This document shows, piece after piece, positions 26,277 to 35,248 of a DNA stretch of 64,000 nt; within the stretch, counting starts at the first letter, position 1, and every line of letters starts with the position of its first letter. Made by a program: the position numbers and the translations under genes. Below the pieces are notes generated by a model. That model searched no databases. It saw nothing but the letters and a program-made list of their open reading frames with translations, and was not told the DNA's origin. This stretch comes from an uncultured Gammaproteobacteria bacterium (GTDB lineage Bacteria; Patescibacteriota; Patescibacteriia; SG8-24): assembly GCA_964486995.1 (NCBI GenBank), contig CAZAOV010000006.1:166-64165 (forward strand), written 5' to 3'.

Positions 26277-27146
26277 TTGAATATAAGCCTGATGTTGACT
26301 AGAGCCACGGAAAACAGAAATACGGTTTTGACCTCCATGATAATCATGGCGGTTTTGATTGTCGGTGGATTTTTTGTGTTTGCCGAGCCGTATGATGCGG
26401 TGGAAAATCAGGTGCAACCGGCTGTCCAGCTTGATATCGCCACAACATCTGAAGTCGCTCCGGTCGAGTTGCCCGAATCAGTGCATGTGCCGATTTTGGT
26501 TTATCATCATGTGCGGCCGACCCCGGCCGGTTTGTCTGCGTCGGACCGGGCTTACACGGTAACACCAGCCGCGCTAGAATCGCATTTGCGGTATTTGAAC
26601 GAGCAGGGATTTTCCGGAGTGCTGCTGACTGACATTCGTGACGCTTTGCTGTTGGGCAAGCCGCTGCCGGAAAAGCCGGTGGCGATTACCTTTGACGACG
26701 GGCGCGAGAATCAATACACGAACGCGGTGCCGTTGCTGGAGAAGTACGGCTTTGTGGTCACGTTCTCGCCGTTCACTAACGCCATCGGGCGACCGGGTTA
26801 TATGACTTGGGAACAGTTGGCCGAATTGTGCGACGCTGGACATGATATCGGTTCGCATGCGGTGTATCATCCGTTCATGACCAAGCTGAGCGAAGATGAA
26901 ATGCGACGCGAAGCAGGGGGTAGCCGGGCGGTACTGCAGGAGAATCTTGATATTGAAGTGGCGGTTTTTTCGCATCCGTTTGGGTTGTATGATGAGCGAG
27001 TGAATTCCGTGTTGAGCGAGCTTGGTTATTCGGTTGCTCGGGGCCTACAACATACCGCCGAGCACAGGACCGAAGACTTAATGTCTTTGGGAGCTTACAT
27101 TGCAACCGAAAATTTTAGCTTTTTTAAAAATATTGTTGGCAAATAA
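26277..27146 (+). CDS. polysaccharide deacetylase family protein (NodB homology domain)
   Basis: VPILVYHHV, ITFDDGRENQYTNAVPLLEKYGFVVTF and HDIGSHAVYHPFM match the NodB-domain catalytic motifs (TFDDG ... H..SH..H). Confidence 0.75.
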   Translation: MNISLMLTRATENRNTVLTSMIIMAVLIVGGFFVFAEPYDAVENQVQPAVQLDIATTSEVAPVELPESVHVPILVYHHVRPTPAGLSASDRAYTVTPAALESHLRYLNEQGFSGVLLTDIRDALLLGKPLPEKPVAITFDDGRENQYTNAVPLLEKYGFVVTFSPFTNAIGRPGYMTWEQLAELCDAGHDIGSHAVYHPFMTKLSEDEMRREAGGSRAVLQENLDIEVAVFSHPFGLYDERVNSVLSELGYSVARGLQHTAEHRTEDLMSLGAYIATENFSFFKNIVGK

Positions 27147-27294
27147 AACGAGCTGGATCTTAATCCGAGTCTGCATCACGGCTGCGCCGTAATTCAGGCG
27201 TTGGAGTCGAATTTGATTAAATTGCAGCAGGATATAGGGTTTGCTTTAGCCCCAGCCGCACAAAAAAGAGGCTCGGAAACGAGCCTCGTTTTGA

Positions 27295-29967
27295 TTACTT
27301 CTTTTTGGCGGGCTTTTTATGTCCTCTCTTTTTAGTGGGCTTTTTCTCGTCGTCTTCCTGGTGTTTATCCTCGTTCATTTCCGCAAGCTTCTCTTCGACC
27401 ATTCGGTCGATTTCCATGATTGGAATGTCGAGGAAGAGTTCCAGGGCTTCGTCGATGTGGGATAGCGCGTACACCTGGTAGTTGCCAGCACGCTGCGCAT
27501 GTACCACTTCCTCATCTAGCATGAGGTTGTCCACGTTCTGGACGGGGATAGCCACGAAGTGTCCGGGCTGCAACAAGCCGCGGCGGTTGAGCGCACCGAA
27601 GTGACCTTCGATTTTTTCGTTCACTCCACCGATTGGCTGGATTTCGCCCCACTGGTTCATGGAACCGGTGACCGCACCCATTTGATTGATCGGACGTTCG
27701 ATAATGGCAGAGATAATCGCCACATATTCGGCTACAGTCGCGCTATCGCCGTCGATTCCGTCGTAGGTCTGCTCGAACGACAGCTGGGCCACCAAGGACA
27801 ACGCCTTTTTGCGCCCGTACTTGCCGCTCAAGTAACCGATGATGTGATCGACCGCCGCATTGCTTGAGGAGCCGCTCTGCTTCGTTTTGCGCTGAACCAG
27901 AATAACCTTTTCCTTGCCGGCGAAACAGCGCGCGGTGATCCTCTTCGGGATTCCGAACATCACTTCGTGCGACACGCCGAGCACAGCCAGACCGTTAATC
28001 TGTCCGGTTTTGGCTCCCCCGTGCGTCAGCAGGAGGTGCCCTCCGTCTAGGAATTCCTGGTACCGACGAATCGGAAGCGCACGTCGATCAAAACGGGCAT
28101 TGATGGCCTGCTTGATGTGTCGCGGGAACACCCTGGTCGAGCCGTTCTGGCGAGCCCAGTGCGCGGCTTCTGTCACGACATCCTTGATGATGCCGAGCTC
28201 GGTCGAGCACTTGCTTTGGTCGCCGGCGCGGCGACAGCCGTATTCCACCAGCTTAGCCAGCGCCGAGGGTGTGAACGGCGGCAGGCTGCTCTGCTCGCGG
28301 CACATTTTCACGAACTGCCCGTAGATTTTCGGCGCCTCCTCGATTGGCATCTCGCCAGAAAATTCGGAAGTAATGCGGAACAGATTCTCAAACTCGGGCT
28401 CTATATGGCGCAACATCATTTCCAGCCACTGGTCGCATACCGCAATCACGCGAATATCCACCGGGATTTCGTTGGAGCGGTAGTTAATCAGACCTTCTGC
28501 ATCCACAAAGCTGGATTTGCTTTCGATGGTCAGCCGTCCGGTCCGAATAACCTCAAGCAGTTTGTAGAACGCGATCGCACCGCCGCGACGCAGCAGGTCG
28601 TTCAGGTTCATCACCAAGTAGCCGCCGTTGGCTTCGAGAATGGCGCTTTTTTCGACCATCGTATGATCGATGCGCAGAGCGTCATGTCCCATGGGTTCGA
28701 CGTTGATGCGGCCGAAGAGCTTGCTGTAGGACGGCACTTCCAGGTGCACGACTGGCTTGGTGTGCATATCAGCGTTGTCCACCAGGATGCGCACCTCGCA
28801 GCGGTGCAGGACCGTCATCTTTTCGTTTTTGCCGTCGTCTCCGCCCAATCCCGTGACGGCGACCGGGCCGTCTTGCTGGCGCGGCTTGGACGCGTACATG
28901 CCGATGAACTCAACTAGACCATCCAAGAATCGATGAAATTCGGAGTAATCTTCGTGGTCACCGACCAGTTCGCGAATCGGCTGTAGCTTCTGTTTGGCAT
29001 GCGTCTCGGCGAGCTCCAAACAGCCCTTCATGATTTCTCCGACCAGCTCACCGAATTTTTTCATCGTTTCGTTGAGTACGTCTAGACCCTTGGAGATGAG
29101 TTCGGTGGCTTGTTCCTGCCCCTCCTTGTCGAGTTTCTCGAACTCTTCTGGCGTCAGCGCTCGTTCCGTTTTTTCGGGTATCTTGGCGGCGATTCCCACG
29201 GTATGTTCATCCTGTCGGATGAACATCAGTCCCTCGTGGTTGAGCTGCTCTTCAACTCGGGCTAAGATTTTCACCATTTCTTCAGGATTCGACGTTTCGG
29301 ATGCAGTCTTAAGAATATGATGCTGAACGGCAATGGCGTCCTGCAGCCGCTTTTTTTCCGCCTCGTTGAGCGCATCGAATTCTTCCTTAGTCATCGGACG
29401 TTCAGTGGTCTCGGTGACAATCGGAAATATCCCTACGCCCTTCTGCGGATCATGCTCCATGAGCAGTCCGATGGCGTTGAGCTGCTTTTCGGCTTTCTGA
29501 AACAGGTCGCGTCGGACCAGCTCTGCCTTTTGCATCTGGCGCTCGCGGAAATCCTCGATCTCTTCGGGCATTTTGAACGCGGCAGTTTTGCCGAATTCGG
29601 CCAGCATATCCTTGATTCGCTGACTCGTACCCTGAGGCACGAAGGCAGCGATGAATCGCCGCGGCGAATCAAAGTCATGTACCGCAATTACACCATGCGG
29701 GTCGTGCGGCTCTTTCTCTGCTCGTTCAAGCAAAAACTGCACGGAACGAGCCGTGCGTCCGGTGTTTGGCGGACCGGCCACCACGATATTGTAGTGGCTA
29801 CGGGCATAGTCGTCCGCAATCATCTGTAACCCGACTTCCATTGAAGCCAGAGCTTCATTCTGACCGAGCTCGGATGCACTCCCGTCACCGGTCTCGATTC
29901 CGACTGGGTCGCAGATGCGGCGAAGCTTCAGTGTAGGCACAGCCAAATCGTTTCTGTTTGCGGGCAT
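27295..29967 (-). CDS. Lon-like protease (S16 peptidase domain; LonB/LonC-like architecture with an insertion in the AAA-like module)
   Basis: C-terminal S16 domain with Ser-Lys dyad context (DGDSATVAEYVAIISAI ... PIGGVNEKIEG, cf. Lon DGPSAG ... PIGGLKEK). N-terminal P-loop reads VAGPPNTGRTAR (Lys replaced by Arg) followed by a long coiled-coil insertion; basic C-terminal tail. Confidence 0.65.
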   Translation of the reverse strand: MPANRNDLAVPTLKLRRICDPVGIETGDGSASELGQNEALASMEVGLQMIADDYARSHYNIVVAGPPNTGRTARSVQFLLERAEKEPHDPHGVIAVHDFDSPRRFIAAFVPQGTSQRIKDMLAEFGKTAAFKMPEEIEDFRERQMQKAELVRRDLFQKAEKQLNAIGLLMEHDPQKGVGIFPIVTETTERPMTKEEFDALNEAEKKRLQDAIAVQHHILKTASETSNPEEMVKILARVEEQLNHEGLMFIRQDEHTVGIAAKIPEKTERALTPEEFEKLDKEGQEQATELISKGLDVLNETMKKFGELVGEIMKGCLELAETHAKQKLQPIRELVGDHEDYSEFHRFLDGLVEFIGMYASKPRQQDGPVAVTGLGGDDGKNEKMTVLHRCEVRILVDNADMHTKPVVHLEVPSYSKLFGRINVEPMGHDALRIDHTMVEKSAILEANGGYLVMNLNDLLRRGGAIAFYKLLEVIRTGRLTIESKSSFVDAEGLINYRSNEIPVDIRVIAVCDQWLEMMLRHIEPEFENLFRITSEFSGEMPIEEAPKIYGQFVKMCREQSSLPPFTPSALAKLVEYGCRRAGDQSKCSTELGIIKDVVTEAAHWARQNGSTRVFPRHIKQAINARFDRRALPIRRYQEFLDGGHLLLTHGGAKTGQINGLAVLGVSHEVMFGIPKRITARCFAGKEKVILVQRKTKQSGSSSNAAVDHIIGYLSGKYGRKKALSLVAQLSFEQTYDGIDGDSATVAEYVAIISAIIERPINQMGAVTGSMNQWGEIQPIGGVNEKIEGHFGALNRRGLLQPGHFVAIPVQNVDNLMLDEEVVHAQRAGNYQVYALSHIDEALELFLDIPIMEIDRMVEEKLAEMNEDKHQEDDEKKPTKKRGHKKPAKKK

Positions 29968-30150
29968 GCTTTAACCTCTTTCGCTATCAATTTAATGAAC
30001 GCTTTTGCATCTAATCGTGTTTGGGCTTTAATGTCTTGTGGATAATTGTAAATAGTGAAGATGCATGCTGGGTTGGGTCGTAATTATTTTTCTCTTTTTC
30101 GCCCTTCCCCTTCATAAAAAACCACCCCCATCTAAGGGGTGGTTCACGTT

Positions 30151-30651
30151 TTAGACGTCCGTTTTTTCTTCGATGGGTTTAGCAAATATGTGCGCCACGC
30201 TATTTAGCCATTCCTCGCTCGGCTCGTAAAGCACGAATTCAATTCCGGCCTGCTGGCATGATTCGGCGATTGTGCTATTGCGGTACATTTTACCGGCCAC
30301 GATGCGCTTTACTCCGCCGACAACGAGTTTTTTAAAGCAGTGATAGCAGGGCGAATAGGTCGTGTAGATGGTCGAACCGACGGTGGAGACACTACCCATG
30401 GCTGCGGCCTGTAAAATGCAGTTTTCTTCGCCGTGTACGGTGCGGATGCAGTGACCGTCTTCCATCAGATGCCCTTCTTCGTCATCACAGTGAGGCAGTC
30501 CGGGCGGGGCGCCGTTGTAGCCGGTAGAAATTATGCGATTGTTTTTTACCAGCACCGCACCAGCGCGCAGGCGGTCGCAGGTCGAGCGCATGGCTACGAT
30601 TTTGGCGATACTCATGAAATAGTCGTCCCAGGTTGGTCGTTGATAAGCCAT
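30151..30651 (-). CDS. deoxycytidylate (dCMP) deaminase
   Basis: RPTWDDYFMSIAKIVAMRSTCDRLRAGAVLVKNNRIISTGYNG and the zinc-binding HGEENCI ... SPCYHC motifs of the CMP/dCMP deaminase family. Confidence 0.85.
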   Translation of the reverse strand: MAYQRPTWDDYFMSIAKIVAMRSTCDRLRAGAVLVKNNRIISTGYNGAPPGLPHCDDEEGHLMEDGHCIRTVHGEENCILQAAAMGSVSTVGSTIYTTYSPCYHCFKKLVVGGVKRIVAGKMYRNSTIAESCQQAGIEFVLYEPSEEWLNSVAHIFAKPIEEKTDV

Positions 30652-30710
30652 GTAGTTTTGTTGGTGATGATTTTATATAATATAGAATATTAATAATCAT
30701 CATACTTTTT

Positions 30711-31004
30711 ATGCAAGACTTTCTCAATTTTATTCGCAGGCAAGGAGTTGTTGGCTTGGCGATCGGCTTTATTCTTGGCGGCGCGGTCAGCAGTGTGGTC
30801 AGTTCGTTGGTGAACGATATCATTCAGCCGATTATCGCTACGGTTTTGGGGTCGCCCGAAGGTATGCGTTATTTGATGATTGGTCCGGTGCGCATGGGCA
30901 GTTTTTTTGTGGCGCTGATCGATTTTGTCATCATCGCCGCGGTGGTTTATTTCATATTTAAGAAATTGAAACTGGAAAGACTGGACGAGCAAGAAGAAAA
31001 GTAG
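30711..31004 (+). CDS. mscL: large-conductance mechanosensitive channel MscL
   Basis: FLNFIRRQGVVGLAIGFILGGAVSSVVSSLVNDIIQPII matches the MscL TM1 signature ([39 protein letters not shown]); 97 aa, two TM helices. Confidence 0.8.
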   Translation: MQDFLNFIRRQGVVGLAIGFILGGAVSSVVSSLVNDIIQPIIATVLGSPEGMRYLMIGPVRMGSFFVALIDFVIIAAVVYFIFKKLKLERLDEQEEK

Positions 31005-31080
31005 AAGATAAAATAGGTATAGATCCTGCGAGTGCAAACTCGCACCCTGCCGCCCTTCTGCTTTTTGCGTTTCCGCGCTT

Positions 31081-31740
31081 ATGTTTTTGCACCCCTTTCC
31101 GTGGAGGGTGCAGGTAAGGTGTCATGGTGAACTGACGACATATTTCCCGGCAAGCTGGTGTCGTAGGCGCAGCGCTACAGTCGTATGCAACGTCATGCAA
31201 GTTTGGGTATGGCGGGCCAACGTTCATGCGGGGGTCATTTCGATTTATTTGTTGCGGACGATAAATTATTCGTTCTTGGTAATTGAAGCGCTGCAACGGT
31301 ACAACGGTTGTTATTTATTTAAATATCGTGTAATTTTTCTACAGCTCATTGAAGGGTGTTGGTACATGGTCGAAATTTTTGGTCGGCTACTCGCAGCAAT
31401 CGTCGTCGTCTTACCCACCATATCAGCAATTTTTGGCTGGGTTGCTTGTCGAGCGGACTTGGCGTTTCTGTTGGTGCTCATGTTTGGGTTGAGCGCAATC
31501 ATACTTTGGAGTTACTTGTCGCCGCGTTTCGAGCGGCGACCCGAAGATTTCATGGATGAGTTCATTTGCACCATTACACACTGGCAATTGCTGATTTCCG
31601 TGTTCTTGATCATTGTCGTTACTCCGTGCGTGATATTCGTTTCCGGCTGGTCGTGGTGGTGGGTGGCTTTAGGAGCTGTTGGAATGATTACGGTAGCGCA
31701 TATCGCATCTGCTTTGCAGTTGCGATTTGGCTATAAATAA
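31081..31740 (+). CDS. hypothetical multi-pass membrane protein
   Basis: Several hydrophobic helices; start uncertain; no family recognised. Confidence 0.4.
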   Translation: MFLHPFPWRVQVRCHGELTTYFPASWCRRRSATVVCNVMQVWVWRANVHAGVISIYLLRTINYSFLVIEALQRYNGCYLFKYRVIFLQLIEGCWYMVEIFGRLLAAIVVVLPTISAIFGWVACRADLAFLLVLMFGLSAIILWSYLSPRFERRPEDFMDEFICTITHWQLLISVFLIIVVTPCVIFVSGWSWWWVALGAVGMITVAHIASALQLRFGYK

Positions 31741-31803
31741 ACCGAGCATTATACTCGGTTTTTTGTTAGACGCATTTTATTTCGGGGCCACGTCTTTAGA
31801 GTA

Positions 31804-31921
31804 ACGCCCTTACCTGAAAAACAGTCAAAAAACAGTCAGACTTGTTTTGAAGAATAGCCGTCTTAAAACAAGTCTGACTGTTTTTGAAACTCTCCCGTCT
31901 TAAAACAAGTCTGACTGTTTT
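31804..31921. repeat. palindromic intergenic repeat, copy 1 (with an extra duplicated right arm)
   Basis: ACGCCCTTACCTG + AAAAACAGTCAGACTTGTTTTGAAG ... CTTAAAACAAGTCTGACTGTTTTT, then a second CTTAAAACAAGTCTGACTGTTTT arm. Same element as at 45225 and 58353. Confidence 0.7.
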
Positions 31922-31941
31922 AACGAGAGGAGCTCCTGCAT

Positions 31942-32559
31942 CTATGATGTCGTTCCAACGTCTTCTGGTGCGGGAGGTGCTTCCGGGCAGGTTCCGTCGT
32001 CGGCGACGTTGCCGTGTAGGCAAGAACAGGAACCGTCTTCCGAATCGTACACTCCACCGCTATCTGTGCAGTTGGTTTGAAACCGCAGTTCTTTGGCTTC
32101 TTGTCCGCGGATGCCGTCAGGTAGGCCAGCAGCGGTACGGCATTCGCCCGATTCCTCGTCGAGTATGTCTTCATCTGGGCAGGTACATGCGTAGGTTTCA
32201 TCATCGTAGATACCCGCGGTTTCCTTGCAGGCTACCATTAGTTCGTATCGGGCGCGCATTTCTTCGCCGCGTTCGCCGTCTGGCGTTCCATCGGCTAGCA
32301 TGCATTCGCCGGAATCCTCATCCAAGGTGGCGTCCTTGCCGCATATACATACCGCAGAACCGACATCAAACGTGCCGCCGGTTTTGGTGCAGGCCACGGC
32401 GAATAAGCTGTCCAGCTCGTCTTCCGTGACTTCACCATTATCGAGTGGATTCACCTGCTCGGGTGGTTCGGTTGGATTTGGGCCGTCGGGCTCGACCACT
32501 GAGATGCAGCTCGCGCCCACGAGCGCTACGGCCGCAAACAAAAAAAGTAGCCTTTTCAT
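31942..32559 (-). CDS. hypothetical secreted Cys-rich acidic protein with three internal tandem repeats
   Basis: Signal peptide MKRLLFLFAAVALVGASC; three about 47-aa repeats of the form C.K..G.(F/Y)D......C.C..D..LDE.SGEC..A.G.PDG.RG.E. Confidence 0.55.
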   Translation of the reverse strand: MKRLLFLFAAVALVGASCISVVEPDGPNPTEPPEQVNPLDNGEVTEDELDSLFAVACTKTGGTFDVGSAVCICGKDATLDEDSGECMLADGTPDGERGEEMRARYELMVACKETAGIYDDETYACTCPDEDILDEESGECRTAAGLPDGIRGQEAKELRFQTNCTDSGGVYDSEDGSCSCLHGNVADDGTCPEAPPAPEDVGTTS

Positions 32560-32568
32560 ATTATATAG

Positions 32569-33049
32569 TTATGCTTGTTCTGTTTTTATCTTACCACGTT
32601 TAGTGCGTTTAAGGCCGTCACGCACCTGCACCTGTCGGGCATCACGGCTACGCATAGCGGAAATTATGCGTTCGATGCAGGCGTCGCGGTCTTCGTGTAG
32701 CTGATGTTCCCAGATGCGCACCACCAGCCAACCGTGCCGACGGAGTTTAGCGAAGTTACGTCGGTCGCGGGCGCGATTGCGTTCGATTTTGTCGCGCCAG
32801 AATTGCGACGGCATTTTGTGTCGCCACTGCGGATAGCGATAGCCATGCCAAAATCCGCCATCGATAAACACCGCCACCTTGCGCATTGGCCAGGCCACAT
32901 CCGGCGTGCCGACCGCGCTTGTAGTGTCTTTGGAAGTAAATGCCGCGTCGGCGCAATTCACCAAACACCAAAAGCCCAATCTTGGTGTTCTTACTGCGGA
33001 TTTTGGACATGATTCTGGAGCGGACCTCCGGCGATACTCTGTCGGTCAT
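32569..33049 (-). pseudogene. vsr: very-short-patch-repair endonuclease gene (vsr) interrupted by a +1 frameshift
   Basis: Vsr N-terminus (MTDRVSPEVRSRIMSKIRSKNTK...) is in one frame (ORF 32756..33199, part) and the catalytic core (TPDVAWPMRKVAVFIDGGFWHGY...FWRDKIERNRARDRRNFAKLRRHGWLVVRIWEHQL) in another (32569..32979). Frames switch around 32903-32912 (plus strand CCGGCGTGCCG); removing one base there gives a continuous ...HYKRGRTPDVAWP... that fits the Vsr consensus. Confidence 0.65.
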
Positions 33050-33282
33050 ATGCGTAGAGAATAGCGGAGGTGGTGGGGGAATCAACCCGTTGAGTGTGAA
33101 AGTACAAATGCTCCAAAGTGCAAAAAATACGCGGAAACAAATTTCGAATACGGATAGGGTTTGACGGCCGAAAAGTCGTTCGTTGCGCGGAGCTTTCAAA
33201 TTATCAGGTTTTTAGACCCAATATTAAAAAACCGCTCTTCTTAGTGAGAGCAGTTTTTTGTCCACGTAAACCAGTTTTAAAA

Positions 33283-34293
33283 CTACTTCTGCCCGGCGAG
33301 CATGCCGCAGGCAGCCTTGATGTCTTCGCCGAATGAAACGCGGTGTGTTACTGATACGCCACGCTTTTTGAGGTGGTCGTGAAACGCGTCGCGGCGTTCG
33401 CGCGGTGATGGTGTGAATTTGCCGGTGCGATGATAGCGAATCAGATTTACATGATACAGCGAATTACGGCCAAGTAGCTGAGCCAATTGTTCGGCGTGTT
33501 TTAGCGTATCGTTAATTTCGTAGATCAATAAATATTCAAACATGACTTTGCGTTTGGTTCGGCTCACATACATTTCGACCTCTTTCATGACATCGCTAAT
33601 CGGATACGTGCCGTTTACCGGCATAAGCGCACTGCGGTGTTGGTCGTTCGGCGCGTGCAGTGAAATCGCTAGGTTTAATTGCAGCGGCTCGATCGACAGC
33701 TTGCGAATTCCTGGAACGATGCCGCAGGTCGAGATGGAAATTTTGCGTGCCGCGACGTTTAGTCCGTCTTTATTATTGATAATTCTCACTGCACGTAGCA
33801 CCTCGTCATAGTTATGAAATGGTTCGCCCATACCCATGAAAACCACGTTAGATACGCGTTCACTTTTTTTGTTCAGTTCGCGTGCGAGGTGCAGTACCTG
33901 CTCCACGATTTCACGGGTCGTGAGGTTACGACTGAAGCCGTGCTGGCCGGTGGCACAAAACTCGCACCGCATCGGACAGCCGGCCTGCGACGAAACACAA
34001 ACTGTATTGCGGCCGCCCTGATGCTGTATCAGCACGCTTTCGATTATCAGGCCGTCATCGAGCTGCAGCAGCACTTTGGTCGAATCGCCACGTGACGACT
34101 GGCTGCGCGACATTTCTTTGATTGAAACAATCGGTACTTTCTCCCTCAAATACGCTCGCATTTGATCTGGCAAATCAGTCGCATGCTCCCAACTAGAAAT
34201 CAGTCGAGCAAAAATTGCCCGCTCAGCCTGCTTCAGGCGGAATGGCTTCTCATTGCATGCCTGCACCGCTTTTTGTAGGTCGTTTCGTAGCAT
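33283..34293 (-). CDS. rlmN: 23S rRNA (adenine2503-C2)-methyltransferase RlmN (radical SAM, RlmN/Cfr family)
   Basis: Radical-SAM cluster CVSSQAGCPMRCEFCATG, MGMGEP block, C-terminal catalytic Cys region; start MLRNDLQKAV confirmed on the minus strand. Confidence 0.85.
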   Translation of the reverse strand: MLRNDLQKAVQACNEKPFRLKQAERAIFARLISSWEHATDLPDQMRAYLREKVPIVSIKEMSRSQSSRGDSTKVLLQLDDGLIIESVLIQHQGGRNTVCVSSQAGCPMRCEFCATGQHGFSRNLTTREIVEQVLHLARELNKKSERVSNVVFMGMGEPFHNYDEVLRAVRIINNKDGLNVAARKISISTCGIVPGIRKLSIEPLQLNLAISLHAPNDQHRSALMPVNGTYPISDVMKEVEMYVSRTKRKVMFEYLLIYEINDTLKHAEQLAQLLGRNSLYHVNLIRYHRTGKFTPSPRERRDAFHDHLKKRGVSVTHRVSFGEDIKAACGMLAGQK

Positions 34294-34548
34294 ATGACTT
34301 AACTCGAAACAATAGCAGAGAAATGCGGAGTTGGCAAGAATGGGTTGGGCGGATAAAGATTATGTACTTTAGCCTGTAGTGATATGAGCGTATAAGGAGC
34401 GAAGGTTGTTAAATCTGGCGGGTGTACATTCTCGCCTTGCTGGCCTCCTGCCTTTATATCCTTAGATCCTCCTATTCCCACGTGTATTGACTCAAAGAGC
34501 TAAATGTTCTAAGAAGAAAAGACGTACTTTCAAGAAAGGAGCAAAACG

Positions 34549-35211
34549 ATGCATCGGCTTGTCTGTGATCCGCGGATTACCAGCTCTATCGTGCCGATCG
34601 TGGTGGAACAGACCGATCGCGGCGAGCGAGCCTACGATATTTATTCGAGGCTGCTCAAGGATCGGGTCATTATGCTCGGCGACGGTGTGCACAATGTTTC
34701 TGCGGGTCTGGTGGTGGCTCAGATGCTGTATTTGGAGAGCGAGGATCCGCGAGCCCCGATTAACCTGTATATCAACTCTCCAGGTGGCTACGTGATTGAT
34801 GGGTATTCCATCATCAATACCATGAGATACCTTGCGTGTCCGGTTAGGACTATCTGCAACGGCATGGCCGCCTCCATGGGGGCGATGATTCTGGTCAGCG
34901 GGACCGAGGGTATGCGTTTCTGCTTGCCGCTCTCTGAGGTAATGATTCATCAGCCTCTGGGTGGTGCTCAGGGACAGGCCACGGACATCCAGATTGCAGC
35001 TGCACATATTCAGCGCACCAAGGAAACGCTCGTCCGCATCATGGCTGAGCGGACCGGTCAGGAGTACGATAAGGTGGCCATCGATATGGAGCGTGATTTT
35101 TGGATGACCGCCGAAGAGGCGCTTGAGTACGGCATCATCGATGAGATTGTAGAGAAGAATCCGCTTCGAATTGATGATAATGCCGATAAGCCTGACGAGA
35201 TCGACGACTAA
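34549..35211 (+). CDS. clpP: ATP-dependent Clp protease proteolytic subunit ClpP
   Basis: AAGGAG SD; [16 protein letters not shown], catalytic Ser context [11 protein letters not shown], His context MIHQPLGG; acidic C-terminal extension. No clpX adjacent. Confidence 0.9.
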   Translation: MHRLVCDPRITSSIVPIVVEQTDRGERAYDIYSRLLKDRVIMLGDGVHNVSAGLVVAQMLYLESEDPRAPINLYINSPGGYVIDGYSIINTMRYLACPVRTICNGMAASMGAMILVSGTEGMRFCLPLSEVMIHQPLGGAQGQATDIQIAAAHIQRTKETLVRIMAERTGQEYDKVAIDMERDFWMTAEEALEYGIIDEIVEKNPLRIDDNADKPDEIDD

Positions 35212-35216
35212 TAAAA

Positions 35217-35248
35217 AAACCGCATGGGATTCCGTGCGGTTTTTTCTA
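35217..35248. terminator. bidirectional Rho-independent terminator between clpP and the convergent gene
   Basis: AAAAAAACCGCATGGGattCCGTGCGGTTTTTTC. Confidence 0.65.

Noticed and set aside
27295-30651. Lon-like protease + dCMP deaminase as a nucleotide-depletion anti-phage defense pair
   Set aside because: The deaminase matches housekeeping dCMP deaminase (ComEB-type) closely and is divergently spaced from the protease with its own intergenic region. There is no nuclease, sensor or other defense hallmark.
32756-33199. 147-aa ORF upstream of vsr as an independent gene
   Set aside because: Its C-terminal half is the N-terminus of Vsr read in the pre-frameshift frame. The N-terminal 50 residues (MKAPRNER...PPPPPLF) are upstream read-through rather than a separate protein.
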